Position numbers and translations under genes: made by a program. Below, one piece after another: positions 1-10,100 of a stretch of 42,292 nt of DNA. Numbering within the stretch: the first letter of the stretch is position 1; the number at the start of each line of letters is the position of its first letter. Origin of the DNA: Hydrurus foetidus. Taxonomy: Eukaryota. The stretch lies in assembly GCA_900617105.1 (NCBI GenBank), contig UYFQ01000240.1, positions 1 to 42,292 on the forward strand. Reading direction: 5' to 3'. Below the pieces are notes generated by a model. That model was not told where the DNA came from and searched no databases. It saw nothing but the letters and a program-made list of their open reading frames with translations.

Positions 1-888
1 GTTTCTTAGCTTTCAAGAATAAATTCTTTTCTCGAAAACGGATGAAGACATCACGAAGTCTCTGCAGAAACTCGTCAGGCCCATTACCAAATACAATGCA
101 ATCATCGAGATACATCTCACATGTTACATATAAAAGGCCCGCAAGGACAACCGTGGCCATCATCTCCTGGAAGTATGATGGGGCACGTTTGAGGCCGAAA
201 GGCAATCGAGTGAATTGATAAATTCCAGAGAAGCATATGAATGCAGTCAGGATTTTGGCTGATGCCGTAAGGGGTGCTTGATGGTAGCCGGACGTTAAGT
301 CCATAACCCCAAAGATGTCAGGTTGACGAGCGCCAATGCGTTCAAACATTGCTGGAATGTTGGGGAGTGGCCAACTGGCCGACTCCGTACAGTTATTAAG
401 TGGCCGGAAGTCAATACATACACGGTATTGTCCGGGTGACTTCTGTACTACTACAGGGTGACTGTAGTATACCGCATTAGACTTCTCAACCACCCCGATC
501 CGTATCAGATCCTGAAGGTTATTGTGAATCGCCTCCTCCTTCTGTGAGGATTGGGGGCGGAGCGGGTCCTGTTACCAGGTACTTCCCATTGTGCCGCCTT
601 ATGATCAATATCAAAAGGAGGTATTCGGGCCGGTTCACGGGCCACCTCATCTTGAAAGATGTCAATAAATTCGGTACATAATGCTCTGCATGCTGTTTGC
701 AGAGCTTCCGACCCACCAAAGGTGATTGTCGAGATGACGTCGTTCGCCCTACCTGTTGGGGTAGGGTCTTTCATCAATGCAGAAAGAAACGGACCGAACG
801 CATCTGTTTTGTCATCATCAATCTCATCTCCATTGAGATTGATTCCGCACGGCAACACGCTCGCGGCGTTAAGTGTTACTGTGTTCAC
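1..888 (-). pseudogene. pol: Reverse transcriptase part of pol, element A (frameshifted, truncated by the window edge)
   Basis: Manual translation of 1-563 gives LRPQSSQKEEAI...YYSHPVVVQKSPGQYRVCIDFRPLN...MDLTSGYHQ...FTRLPFGLKRAPSYFQ...EMYLDDCIVFG...LFLKAKK, with YLDD at 101-112. It joins ORF 505..888 through a 1-bp deletion in a C run near 564. It is absent from the ORF track because it has no stop inside the window. Confidence 0.95.
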
Positions 889-1748
889 TCTCGTCCCGGT
901 CTCAGAAGGGGGCGGTTAAGACCACTGCCCGTCCATAGCGCAGATGGACCCCACTCTTCTCCCACTGTTGGAATACGGTGGGTGCTCGAGTGACCTTCGT
1001 CTCCATTGTCAGCAGTGTCGGTAATTAGGCGACACTGTGTACAAGGACTACGCGATCCGACAGCGTCACTATGATGACAACAGACGTCGGTATGTGAATC
1101 TGTACCGATGTCGGACTCTGCCCTTAAGGGAAGTAGACCGATGTCATCTGGGCTGGGTGACGTTTCGATTAACGTAGGGTCAAAGCCCATACGTTTCGGC
1201 GTCAGCACAAACAAGTTGTGTTGATTCAGGGACTTGCGTCCGATGATCAGATCCAATTGTGCAAAAGGATTAACACTAAAAGTGATATAGATAGTGTGCT
1301 TAATATTACTATCATCGAAAAAAGTAACGCCTAAATCGACTAAGGTATTACACCTATAACAAGTGCCATCAAGACCGCTACAAACGTTAAGTGCGGTTGA
1401 AGACACATAACAATGAGCAAGTGCATCAAGTGAGACAAGCAGTGATTTGGAAACAAAATCGCCGGCCATGCTACCCGTGTCTAGGAGCGCGTGCGCTGTA
1501 AGACTACGTCCCGTGGACTGGGGTGCTGACGCGGCTGTGGTGGGGGCGTGTCCCTGCAAGGTTCTTCGTTCATCCTTGAACACCAATAATGAAAGAAGTT
1601 CATTAGGATTTGTTGAGTGTACCGCTGCTACAAGTGAGTCAGACGGTAACGTACCTATGAGCGGTATTTCCGACATGTCGGTCTGGTTATGGCATGCCGC
1701 CAGCACCTCCGAGATTAGAGGCAGGGAGGTATGGAGTGGCTGTAACAC
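885..1748 (-). CDS. Retropepsin-like aspartic protease region of pol, element A
   Basis: AHALLDTGSMAGDF catalytic motif (DTGS at 1470-1481) and C-terminal LDLIIGR motif; homologous to the protease pieces of elements B and C. Confidence 0.9.
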   Translation of the reverse strand: MLQPLHTSLPLISEVLAACHNQTDMSEIPLIGTLPSDSLVAAVHSTNPNELLSLLVFKDERRTLQGHAPTTAASAPQSTGRSLTAHALLDTGSMAGDFVSKSLLVSLDALAHCYVSSTALNVCSGLDGTCYRCNTLVDLGVTFFDDSNIKHTIYITFSVNPFAQLDLIIGRKSLNQHNLFVLTPKRMGFDPTLIETSPSPDDIGLLPLRAESDIGTDSHTDVCCHHSDAVGSRSPCTQCRLITDTADNGDEGHSSTHRIPTVGEEWGPSALWTGSGLNRPLLRPGRE

Positions 1749-4700
1749 GTGAAGACATGTGGAACATTGTTAGTGTTATCCGATATAATATTGGAGGGGG
1801 TTGAGACCTCCAATGTATTAGTTACGAGTATATCAGAGTTGAGTATACATAAAGGTGGTGGTGTATCGGTAGGGTTACATGTGCTAGCAGCATGTATCGC
1901 CACTACCAATGACTCCACCACCGTAACATGAGGTAACGTACCATCATATGCGGCTGCGGGCGGTAGACCACTGTGGGTTGCGTTGATGGAGGTGTTGTTA
2001 GCCAACGTGGTGTTTTGTCCACCCGAACCGTATCGCGGTTTGTTGGTGGGACCTCGATTATAGTTCCCCCCATGATTGGGGTTCCCTTGGTATTTTTTCT
2101 TCTGACCACCCCCTGGGGGCTGAGATTTATTCAGTACCTCATCAGTGAAATTTGTTTCACGACGGGGTATGTGGATTTTGAAGCGGCCCAGACCAGGGAT
2201 GCGATCATTGATAGGGTAGGTCGCATGACCGTATTGTGCCCACGTGCGACCCATGTTGGAGTGGTCCCACGGAACATTGTGGTTGGTGTTTGAATCCACC
2301 ATCCACATGTGTGGGCAGTTTTTCAGCAGATGATCGCTGTGTCCACACGAGTTACACTGTCGGAGTGGTGTTGTTGGCAGTGCCAGCGGTGGTAATGCTG
2401 GGAGTGCCGCACCAACCAACAGGGTTTTGGGGTTCGTCGTGAGAGACAACCCGTATGGATTTTGGGTAGCGGGGTGACAATAAATGTCGTTGGGGTCCCC
2501 AAAAGCCGCTACGTGTAGCTGAAGTTGGCGTACCGCATTGACTTGGGAGAAGAAGCGACGCATCGCGAATTCCCAATCATCCACGTCATGCGGGTTGACG
2601 CGTTTATGCTCTTTGTATTTTGCGGTGATGGCACCGTTAAGAGGCATCTTTTTCTCGAGGATGAGAGTGAGTGCAGCATGGTCGGAGGTGCTGAGTGGGC
2701 CATGTACTTGTACATGGTTCTCCACCACCTCACGAAACTGAGTCATGCAGCGCATCTCAATCTCCCTTTTGTTGTAACAAAAGGCGAGATGGACTTCTGA
2801 GAAATGCTCAGCTAGTGACTGCCCCAGCTGTGTGTCCGCGCGAAAGTAGCGCAGGACTAATTGTGCTACTTGAGGGACCGTCAGCGTCTGGAGCCACACT
2901 TTACGTGTCTCTTCCGCATATGGATAATCTTGATCCGTATGGATCTGATCATCGATACACCTGACTGCTTTAGTCGAGATGACTTGACCAACATCATAGT
3001 TGTTGGTCCACCTCTGGGAGTGTTCGAAAAACTCCCGTGCGGCCTCTTGTCCAATAATGCCTGACGCATTTACGTTGAGAACGTAAAGCACCGTTTGCAA
3101 GGCAATAGCGGAGATGGGTCGGGAACCATCGTCCACAGCACGGCCACCCACTACAAGCGCTGTAGGTGCCGCATTGGGTGTGGCAAACTGTACCGCGGGT
3201 ACGTTGATCGGTGACGTACGATCGTGTATGTACCGTGGTATCGGTGGTCGTACCGGGTGCGCTGCATTGGGGTCGGGACCGCCCCCTGCAGCTCGGAATG
3301 CTGCTGTTTGCTGCTCGTAATCGATTATGCGAGCTGTTGCAGGCAGTATCACGATGTTGGGAGGATCCAAGGGGAGTGGGTTAGGAACCCGAATTTCCCG
3401 TGGGATCTCCTGGATGACTCGTTGGGGTTGTGGGTTGTAATCCGTGTCACCGGTGAACGTACGTACGTATGTAGGCCGTTCCGGTGACCCTGGTGGGGGT
3501 GGGGAAGCTTGTCGCTTGCGTGATGTGGGACCCTCTTGTGGAGGTGACGCGCGTTTGCGAGGAACGTCCGCTGTGCGGGTTATTGTCTCCACATTTTCGG
3601 GGATGCGCGTATCGCGACTCTCGAGTAGTCGAGAGTTGTCGGTAACGCGTACGGGTGCCCGTGGAGTCGCACGTTCGTCCTCGTACTGGTTGTCGTTGTA
3701 CTGACGACCGTCAGTATTACGGTTGCCCCGGTTGGAGGTATCCTGTTGGCGACGATTGTCTCCTTGGGGATAGTCCCTTGGGGGACTGTCATCGTAACCC
3801 TGTGGGGGTTCTCGACGACTTCTCCTATTGGGGTTGTTGTCGCCCTGACGGAAACTGTCGTTGTTGTCGTCGCGAGAAGTATCGAAACCGCGAGTGTTAG
3901 TCGAATAATTTCCCCTGTTTGGGTTGTCATTACGACGAGAATCCTCGTAATTACGATTATCCCTTTGGGGGTTATCGTTGTGACGTTGGAAAGTGTCTCT
4001 GCGATTATCCCTGTTAGGGTTGTCGTCTTGTTGGCGATGATCGTGATCGCGACGCCCGTCATTCTGACGTGGGTTGTCGTCGTTGCGTCGATTGTCGCTG
4101 TTGCGTCGATCGTCGTATTGACGTCTGTTGTCGTCGTTGAATGAGGTGTCGTAGCCGCGACGACCATCGTTGTCGTAGTCGTGGCTGTCGTCATTCTGAC
4201 GGTAATTGTCGTTATAACGACGATTATCGCTCTGACGTTGATTGTCATTGCGGCGATCATCGTTATATTGACGTCCCTCGTTATCGTAACGAACGTCGTT
4301 ACGGTGCTCCGTACCGTATGAAGGGCCCGTATTACGGTTGTCCCTGGGAGGGTTGGAGTCATCGTAGTTACGACGATTGTCGTTGTGACCTTGATTGTCA
4401 TCATTAGAACGTCGATAATCGTTGTTGTTTCGATTATCGTCATTGTATTGACGTTGGTTAGAATCGTGGCGTTGACGGTTATCGTAACGATTACCGTCAC
4501 CACCGTCTTCGCTACCACTTTGTTGGTTCTGAGTGGGCGAGTAGTCGCCCGTTGCATCTCCGTCGACGGGGTTATTCCGACGAGTTGAGTTGTCGTAACT
4601 GTCGAGGCCCTGACGACGGAGGTATCGTTGCGGGGGTGAATCCATACGGCGGCGGGGATTAGTATCGCCGTCGTCATCATCCCGATCAGGGTTGCCGTTG

Positions 4701-5002
4701 TGGCGTGTCTGATGACGATTTGCGTCTGACGAACGCAACGTGACATTGTCATGTTGTCGCGTTGTCTGAATGTCGTCGTCGTCGTCGTTATGACGATTAG
4801 GCGGCGCCTGATTGGAACTGTTGGTAGGTCCCAGTATTGTTACTGGGAATACCGGGCGATCAGTTCCGTCAGACGCCGCTACTGCTGTCGGCGCTGTTGG
4901 TGTCGACTGGATTGTCGCAACCGTCGTCGCTGCCGGTTCTGTCGGAGTAATTACTTCGGCGAGCGACGGCGAGATCTCCGAGGAGTCGTCGGATAACGGC
5001 AT
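1715..5002 (-). CDS. gag: Gag-like polyprotein, element A, with long R/N/D/Q-rich low-complexity N-terminal region and CX2CX4HX4C zinc knuckle
   Basis: ORF 1715..5062, first ATG at 5002. Contains the CNSCGHSDHLLKNC knuckle, lies directly upstream of the protease, and aligns by eye with the gag of element B. Confidence 0.85.
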   Translation of the reverse strand: MPLSDDSSEISPSLAEVITPTEPAATTVATIQSTPTAPTAVAASDGTDRPVFPVTILGPTNSSNQAPPNRHNDDDDDIQTTRQHDNVTLRSSDANRHQTRHNGNPDRDDDDGDTNPRRRMDSPPQRYLRRQGLDSYDNSTRRNNPVDGDATGDYSPTQNQQSGSEDGGDGNRYDNRQRHDSNQRQYNDDNRNNNDYRRSNDDNQGHNDNRRNYDDSNPPRDNRNTGPSYGTEHRNDVRYDNEGRQYNDDRRNDNQRQSDNRRYNDNYRQNDDSHDYDNDGRRGYDTSFNDDNRRQYDDRRNSDNRRNDDNPRQNDGRRDHDHRQQDDNPNRDNRRDTFQRHNDNPQRDNRNYEDSRRNDNPNRGNYSTNTRGFDTSRDDNNDSFRQGDNNPNRRSRREPPQGYDDSPPRDYPQGDNRRQQDTSNRGNRNTDGRQYNDNQYEDERATPRAPVRVTDNSRLLESRDTRIPENVETITRTADVPRKRASPPQEGPTSRKRQASPPPPGSPERPTYVRTFTGDTDYNPQPQRVIQEIPREIRVPNPLPLDPPNIVILPATARIIDYEQQTAAFRAAGGGPDPNAAHPVRPPIPRYIHDRTSPINVPAVQFATPNAAPTALVVGGRAVDDGSRPISAIALQTVLYVLNVNASGIIGQEAAREFFEHSQRWTNNYDVGQVISTKAVRCIDDQIHTDQDYPYAEETRKVWLQTLTVPQVAQLVLRYFRADTQLGQSLAEHFSEVHLAFCYNKREIEMRCMTQFREVVENHVQVHGPLSTSDHAALTLILEKKMPLNGAITAKYKEHKRVNPHDVDDWEFAMRRFFSQVNAVRQLQLHVAAFGDPNDIYCHPATQNPYGLSLTTNPKTLLVGAALPALPPLALPTTPLRQCNSCGHSDHLLKNCPHMWMVDSNTNHNVPWDHSNMGRTWAQYGHATYPINDRIPGLGRFKIHIPRRETNFTDEVLNKSQPPGGGQKKKYQGNPNHGGNYNRGPTNKPRYGSGGQNTTLANNTSINATHSGLPPAAAYDGTLPHVTVVESLVVAIHAASTCNPTDTPPPLCILNSDILVTNTLEVSTPSNIISDNTNNVPHVFTCYSHSIPPCL

Positions 5003-5302
5003 CGTTAGATGACTTATGTCTTGACAATTTAAATGGCTAGAGTCGCCAAAATTTTTTTGCAAGGGCTTCGCCTCGTGCCGTTTGGATGAAAATCAAACAG
5101 ACGATTAGGCGAAGTCAAACAAGTCAAGTAAGGTCTGGACGGATGAATGGATCAATCCGTACAGGATAAGCCGGGATTGGGAGACTTGCTCGACCAACCA
5201 CGAGAACGGCGTGGAAGACGAAGCTATCCACGGACGTCAGCCAAGCAAAGCTTGAGGCGGAAGATGGGCAGAAGTTAACTGAGTTAACTCTGCACAAAAA
5301 TT

Positions 5303-5536
5303 TGGGATTGCTGAGATGAAACTCAAGCAACCACAAGACAGTCAAGTATCGGGAGAGAAATCTCAATCCGAGTGACTAAGTTTACGGCAACCAGACTTCG
5401 GAGACTTGCTCGCGATAGTAAGAATTGCTCGCAAACGAGAATTTCGAATAAAATTCGAGATTCTCCACGCAGGTAATCGGTATGGGATTGCTGAGATGAA
5501 ACTCAAGCAACCACAAAATAGTCAAGTATCGGGAGA
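5303..5536. repeat. 54-bp direct repeat (5303-5356 and 5483-5536, 2 mismatches, 180-bp period) in the element A leader
   Basis: tgggattgctgagatgaaactcaagcaaccacaa(g/a)a(c/t)agtcaagtatcgggaga is read twice. Confidence 0.95.
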
Positions 5537-6987
5537 TTCTAATAAGTGTGAAGTCGGTTATAGGAGTCAAATTACGAACTCTACTAAGATGTTTCCTAAA
5601 GATAATCATATCTTCATGAGAATGATGCCCATCATTGCTGAGATAATTAACATTCTGTTCCCATCTAACATCTAATCCGTCATAATGCAATAACATGTTA
5701 TGCATTATACAGCAAGAATAAAACATATTGGGTGACCTCGTAAATTCAAAAAATTTATGTAACCCAGATTTGAGTGACCCAGAAAAAAAAATCTGCGATT
5801 CCAAAAATAATCTAGACACTGTTCTCATCTGATTTGACTACAAACTTTGGGAAAGTCAAAATTTATGTCACCCAAATCTGCCCTGGGGGAGTTTTGAATT
5901 TACGAGGTCACCCATTATCAATGTGATCTTTATTGTGATAATATATAGGTAATTTTAAACAACGAAATCTGCCTTTGAGTATACTAAAAGCGCACTCAAC
6001 ATCTTTTCTCACTGTTTCTGCCCACTCACTCCACAGTGCTTCTCTAGGGATTGCTGAATGTTTCAGAGGACATTGCATACATCTCCACTTATGATATCCA
6101 TTATCGCATAACAACCATGCACCATTCTCTTCATGCTCTACTCCTTTAATATCATACATTGAGTAAGTAACTTCATTATATTTGGTTCCATTATGAATGT
6201 CCGTGACAAACCCATCAAACCGCACAATAGTCCTATCACTCCTTGTCCCAGGGAATCCATGCGTGACGGCAATAATCTTTGAAGTGTGATTGACAGTTAC
6301 TTCATAGACGAGAGTTGGAAAACCTTCTTTCCCTTTGTGAAGTACACGATCCCCAGCCGAACAACGCTCTCATTTTATATGCACACAGTCAGTGCTACCT
6401 ATACAACCAGGTAACCCTAACTTGGTGTAAACGTCTAGAGTCTTCTGTATCTCTTCTTTTGATTCAGGAGGATTGCAGTAAATAGCAAAGTACTTTCTGG
6501 AAAACAACTGACACCACTTATGAAAGAAGACGCGATTAACCTCTGAACTTATGTGGGAAAGCTCCTCAATACCATCGAAACAGTATCCTCGACCAAGAAC
6601 CCGTAATAATCCAAGAACCTTTAAATCCAAAGGAGCAGCCTTCACGCCAGCACAATCATTTCCCTCGCTGAACCATTCATTAGCTCTTGTCATCTCAGTT
6701 AATCTTTGGAATAGTGGAAAGGGTACCCGAAATCGCCTGCGAAATAACACACCGCCCTTACGATCTGTACGATCTTGCGTTCTAGGATTGACCAACATAC
6801 GACCCCAGCAAGACATATCGTAAAGTGGACGGCCTTCCCATCTACGATGCCTATAGAAAGATGGTTGCCTTAATCTTTCTTCCTCCTCTTCTTCAATAAC
6901 TTTGCGCAAAGATCTGGTAGTTCCATGATCTAAAGAACACAAAAAATGATTTCTGTAAGCGTCATATGGGGATGTCGCTGGTGTTGA
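5537..6987 (-). pseudogene. PIF/Harbinger-family DDE transposase pseudogene
   Basis: Joined translation: FRRRFRVP...LGLPGCIGSTDCVHIK*ERC...HKGKEGFPT...FPGTRSDRTI...WLLCDNGYHKW...RKDVECAFSILKGRF...CCIMHNMLL. This shows the Harbinger D(STDC)/D(CDNGY)/E(DVEC) triad. There is an in-frame TGA at 6370-6372 (probably from TGG), a MITE insertion, and a C-terminus cut at ~5537. Confidence 0.92.
5730..5913. mobile_element. 184-bp MITE (Tourist/PIF-Harbinger-like) with perfect 22-bp TIRs and 3-bp ATT TSD
   Basis: TIRs are gggtgacctcgtaaattcaaaa (5730-5751) and ttttgaatttacgaggtcaccc (5892-5913), with ATT at 5727-5729 and 5914-5916. Removing the element and one TSD restores the frame HIDN-MFYSCC. Confidence 0.95.
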
Positions 6988-7104
6988 CTACAGAAAATAA
7001 ATAAAAACAATCAGCGTCAAATGGAACATAAGATAGATCGCAAACCAAAAAAATGATGCAAAAAAAGAAAACAAAAAATTGGATTTGCATGCGTCATGAC
7101 GACT

Positions 7105-10100
7105 TGTAATACGTGCTGTGCTGTAAGCAAGGCTAACGACGGAAATATCTCAATAACCGTACCAACAAAAAAGTCAAAAAATATTTCATCAATGTCATAT
7201 TAACAGGATACAAATGCGATGCAAAAGTATTTACGAAGAGAACCGCTCTATGAAAAAAAGTACTTGTAGAATTCATTGACTGATAATACGTGCTGTGCTG
7301 TAAGCAAGGCTAACGACGGAAATATCTCAATAACCGTACCAACAAAAAAGTCAAAAAATATTTCATCAATGTCATATTAACAGGATACAAATGCGATGCA
7401 AAAGTATTTACGAAGAGAACCGCTCTATGAAAAAAGTACTTGTAGGATTCATTGACTGATAATACGTGCTGTGCTGTAAGCAAGGCTAACGACGGAAATA
7501 TCTCAATAACCGTACCAACAAAAAAGTCAAAAATATTTCATCAATGTCATATTAACAGGATACAAATGCGATGCAAAAGTATTTACGAAGAGAACCGCTC
7601 TATGAAAAAAAGTACTTGTAGGATTCATTGACTGATAATACGTGCTGTGCTGTAAGCAAGGCTAACGACGGAAATATCTCAATAACCGTACCAACAAAAA
7701 AGTCAAAAAATATTTCATCAATGTCATATTAACAGGATACAAATGCGATGCAAAAGTATTTACGAAGAGAACCGCTCTATGAAAAAAAGTACTTGTAGAA
7801 TTCATTGACTGATAATACGTGCTGTGCTGTAAGCAAGGCTAACGACGGAAATATCTCAATAACCGTACCAACAAAAAAGTCAACAAATATTTCATCAATG
7901 TCATATTAACAGGATACAAATGCGATGCAAAAGTATTTACGAAGAGAACCGCTCTATGAAAAAAAGTACTTGTAGGATTCATTGACTGATAATACGTGCT
8001 GTGCTGTAAGCAAGGCTAACGACGGAAATATCTCAATAACCGTACCAACAAAAAAGTCAAAAATATTTCATCAATGTCATATTAACAGGATACAAATGCG
8101 ATGCAAAAGTATTTACGAAGAGAACCGCTCTATGAAAAAAGTACTTGTAGGATTCATTGACTGATAATACGTGCTGTGCTGTAAGCAAGGCTAACGACGG
8201 AAATATCTCAATAACCGTACCAACAAAAAGTCAAAAATATTTCATCAATGTCATATTAACAGGATACAAATGCGATGCAAAAGTATTTACGAAGAGAACC
8301 GCTCTATGAAAAAAAGTACTTGTAGGATTCATTGACTGATAATACGTGCTGTGCTGTAAGCAAGGCTAACGACGGAAATATCTCAATAACCGTACCAACA
8401 AAAAAGTCAAAAAATATTTCATCAATGTCATATTAACAGGATACAAATGCGATGCAAAAGTATTTACGAAGAGAACCGCTCTATGAAAAAAAGTACTTGT
8501 AGGATTCATTGACTGATAATACGTGCTGTGCTGTAAGCAAGGCTAACGACGGAAATATCTCAATAACCGTACCAACAAAAAGTCAACAAATATTTCATCA
8601 ATGTCATATTAACAGGATACAAATGCGATGCAAAAGTATTTACGAAGAGAACCGCTCTATGAAAAAAAGTACTTGTAGGATTCATTGACTGATAATACGT
8701 GCTGTGCTGTAAGCAAGGCTAACGACGGAAATATCTCAATAACCGTACCAACAAAAAGTCAAAAATATTTCATCAATGTCATATTAACAGGATACAAATG
8801 CGATGCAAAAGTATTTACGAAGAGAACCGCTCTATGAAAAAAAGTACTTGTAGAATTCATTGACTGATAATACGTGCTGTGCTGTAAGCAAGGCTAACGA
8901 CGGAAGTATCTCAATAACCGTACCAACAAAAAGTCAAAAAATATTTCATCAATGTCATATTAACAGGATACAAATGCGATGCAAAAGTATTTACGAAGAG
9001 AACCGCTCTATGAAAAAAAGTACTTGTAGGATTCATTGACTGATAATACGTGCTGTGCTGTAAGCAAGGCTAACGACGGAAATATCTCAATAACCGTACC
9101 AACAAAAAGTCAAAAAATATTTCATCAATGTCATATTAACAGGATACAAATGCGATGCAAAAGTATTTACGAAGAGAACCGCTCTATGAAAAAAAGTACT
9201 TGTAGAATTCATTGACTGATAATACGTGCTGTGCTGTAAGCAAGGCTAACGACGGAAATATCTCAATAACCGTACCAACAAAAAGTCAAAAATATTTCAT
9301 CAATGTCATATTAACAGGATACAAATGCGATGCAAAAGTATTTACGAAGAGAACCGCTCTATGAAAAAAAGTACTTGTAGGATTCATTGACTGATAATAC
9401 GTGCTGTGCTGTAAGCAAGGCTAACGACGGAAATATCTCAATAACCGTACCAACAAAAAAGTCAAAAAATATTTCATCAATGTCATATTAACAGGATACA
9501 AATGCGATGCAAAAGTATTTACGAAGAGAACCGCTCTATGAAAAAAAGTACTTGTAGGATTCATTGACTGATAATACGTGCTGTGCTGTAAGCAAGGCTA
9601 ACGACGGAAATATCTCAATAACCGTACCAACAAAAAGTCAAAAAATATTTCATCAATGTCATATTAACAGGATACAAATGCGATGCAAAAGTATTTACGA
9701 AGAGAACCGCTCTATGAAAAAAAGTACTTGTAGGATTCATTGACTGATAATACGTGCTGTGCTGTAAGCAAGGCTAACGACGGAAATATCTCAATAACCG
9801 TACCAACAAAAAAGTCAACAAATATTTCATCAATGTCATATTAACAGGATACAAATGCGATGCAAAAGTATTTACGAAGAGAACCGCTCTATGAAAAAAA
9901 GTACTTGTAGAATTCATTGACTGATAATACGTGCTGTGCTGTAAGCAAGGCTAACGACGGAAATATCTCAATAACCGTACCAACAAAAAAGTCAAAAAAT
10001 ATTTCATCAATGTCATATTAACAGGATACAAATGCGATGCAAAAGTATTTACGAAGAGAACCGCTCTATGAAAAAAAGTACTTGTAGAATTCATTGACTG

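Larger units (their letters stand above)
1..5536 (-). mobile_element. Ty3/Gypsy-type LTR retrotransposon, element A (leader, gag, protease, RT; runs off the left edge; no 5' LTR visible)
   Basis: Minus-strand order is gag (CCHC knuckle), protease (LLDTGS), RT (YLDD), with no integrase before RT, which is the Ty3/Gypsy order. The 5' leader abuts Harbinger coding sequence at ~5537 with no TG...CA LTR. Confidence 0.9.

Noticed and set aside
1715..1770. Programmed gag-pol -1 frameshift in element A
   Set aside because: No X-XXY-YYZ slippery heptamer lies in the overlap, element B has gag and protease in one frame, and A has other single-base frameshifts. Mutation or sequencing error is more likely.
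3580..4752. 390-aa Thr-rich ORF and the Val-rich antisense ORFs overlapping gag
   Set aside because: These are shadow frames of repetitive GAC/AAC/CGT codons in the Gag low-complexity region.
5382..5828. 148-aa ORF as an independent gene
   Set aside because: It is a chimera of MITE sequence, the Harbinger C-terminal segment and the element A leader.
6370..6372. TGA at a conserved Trp position as evidence of an alternative genetic code
   Set aside because: It is a single case in a gene already disrupted by a MITE. Other conserved Trp codons I checked in the window are TGG, so a G>A nonsense mutation is simpler.
7982..8164. 60-aa plus-strand ORFs in the array (also 35890..36072)
   Set aside because: They have non-ATG starts and exist only where A-tract length variants shift the frame past consensus stops.
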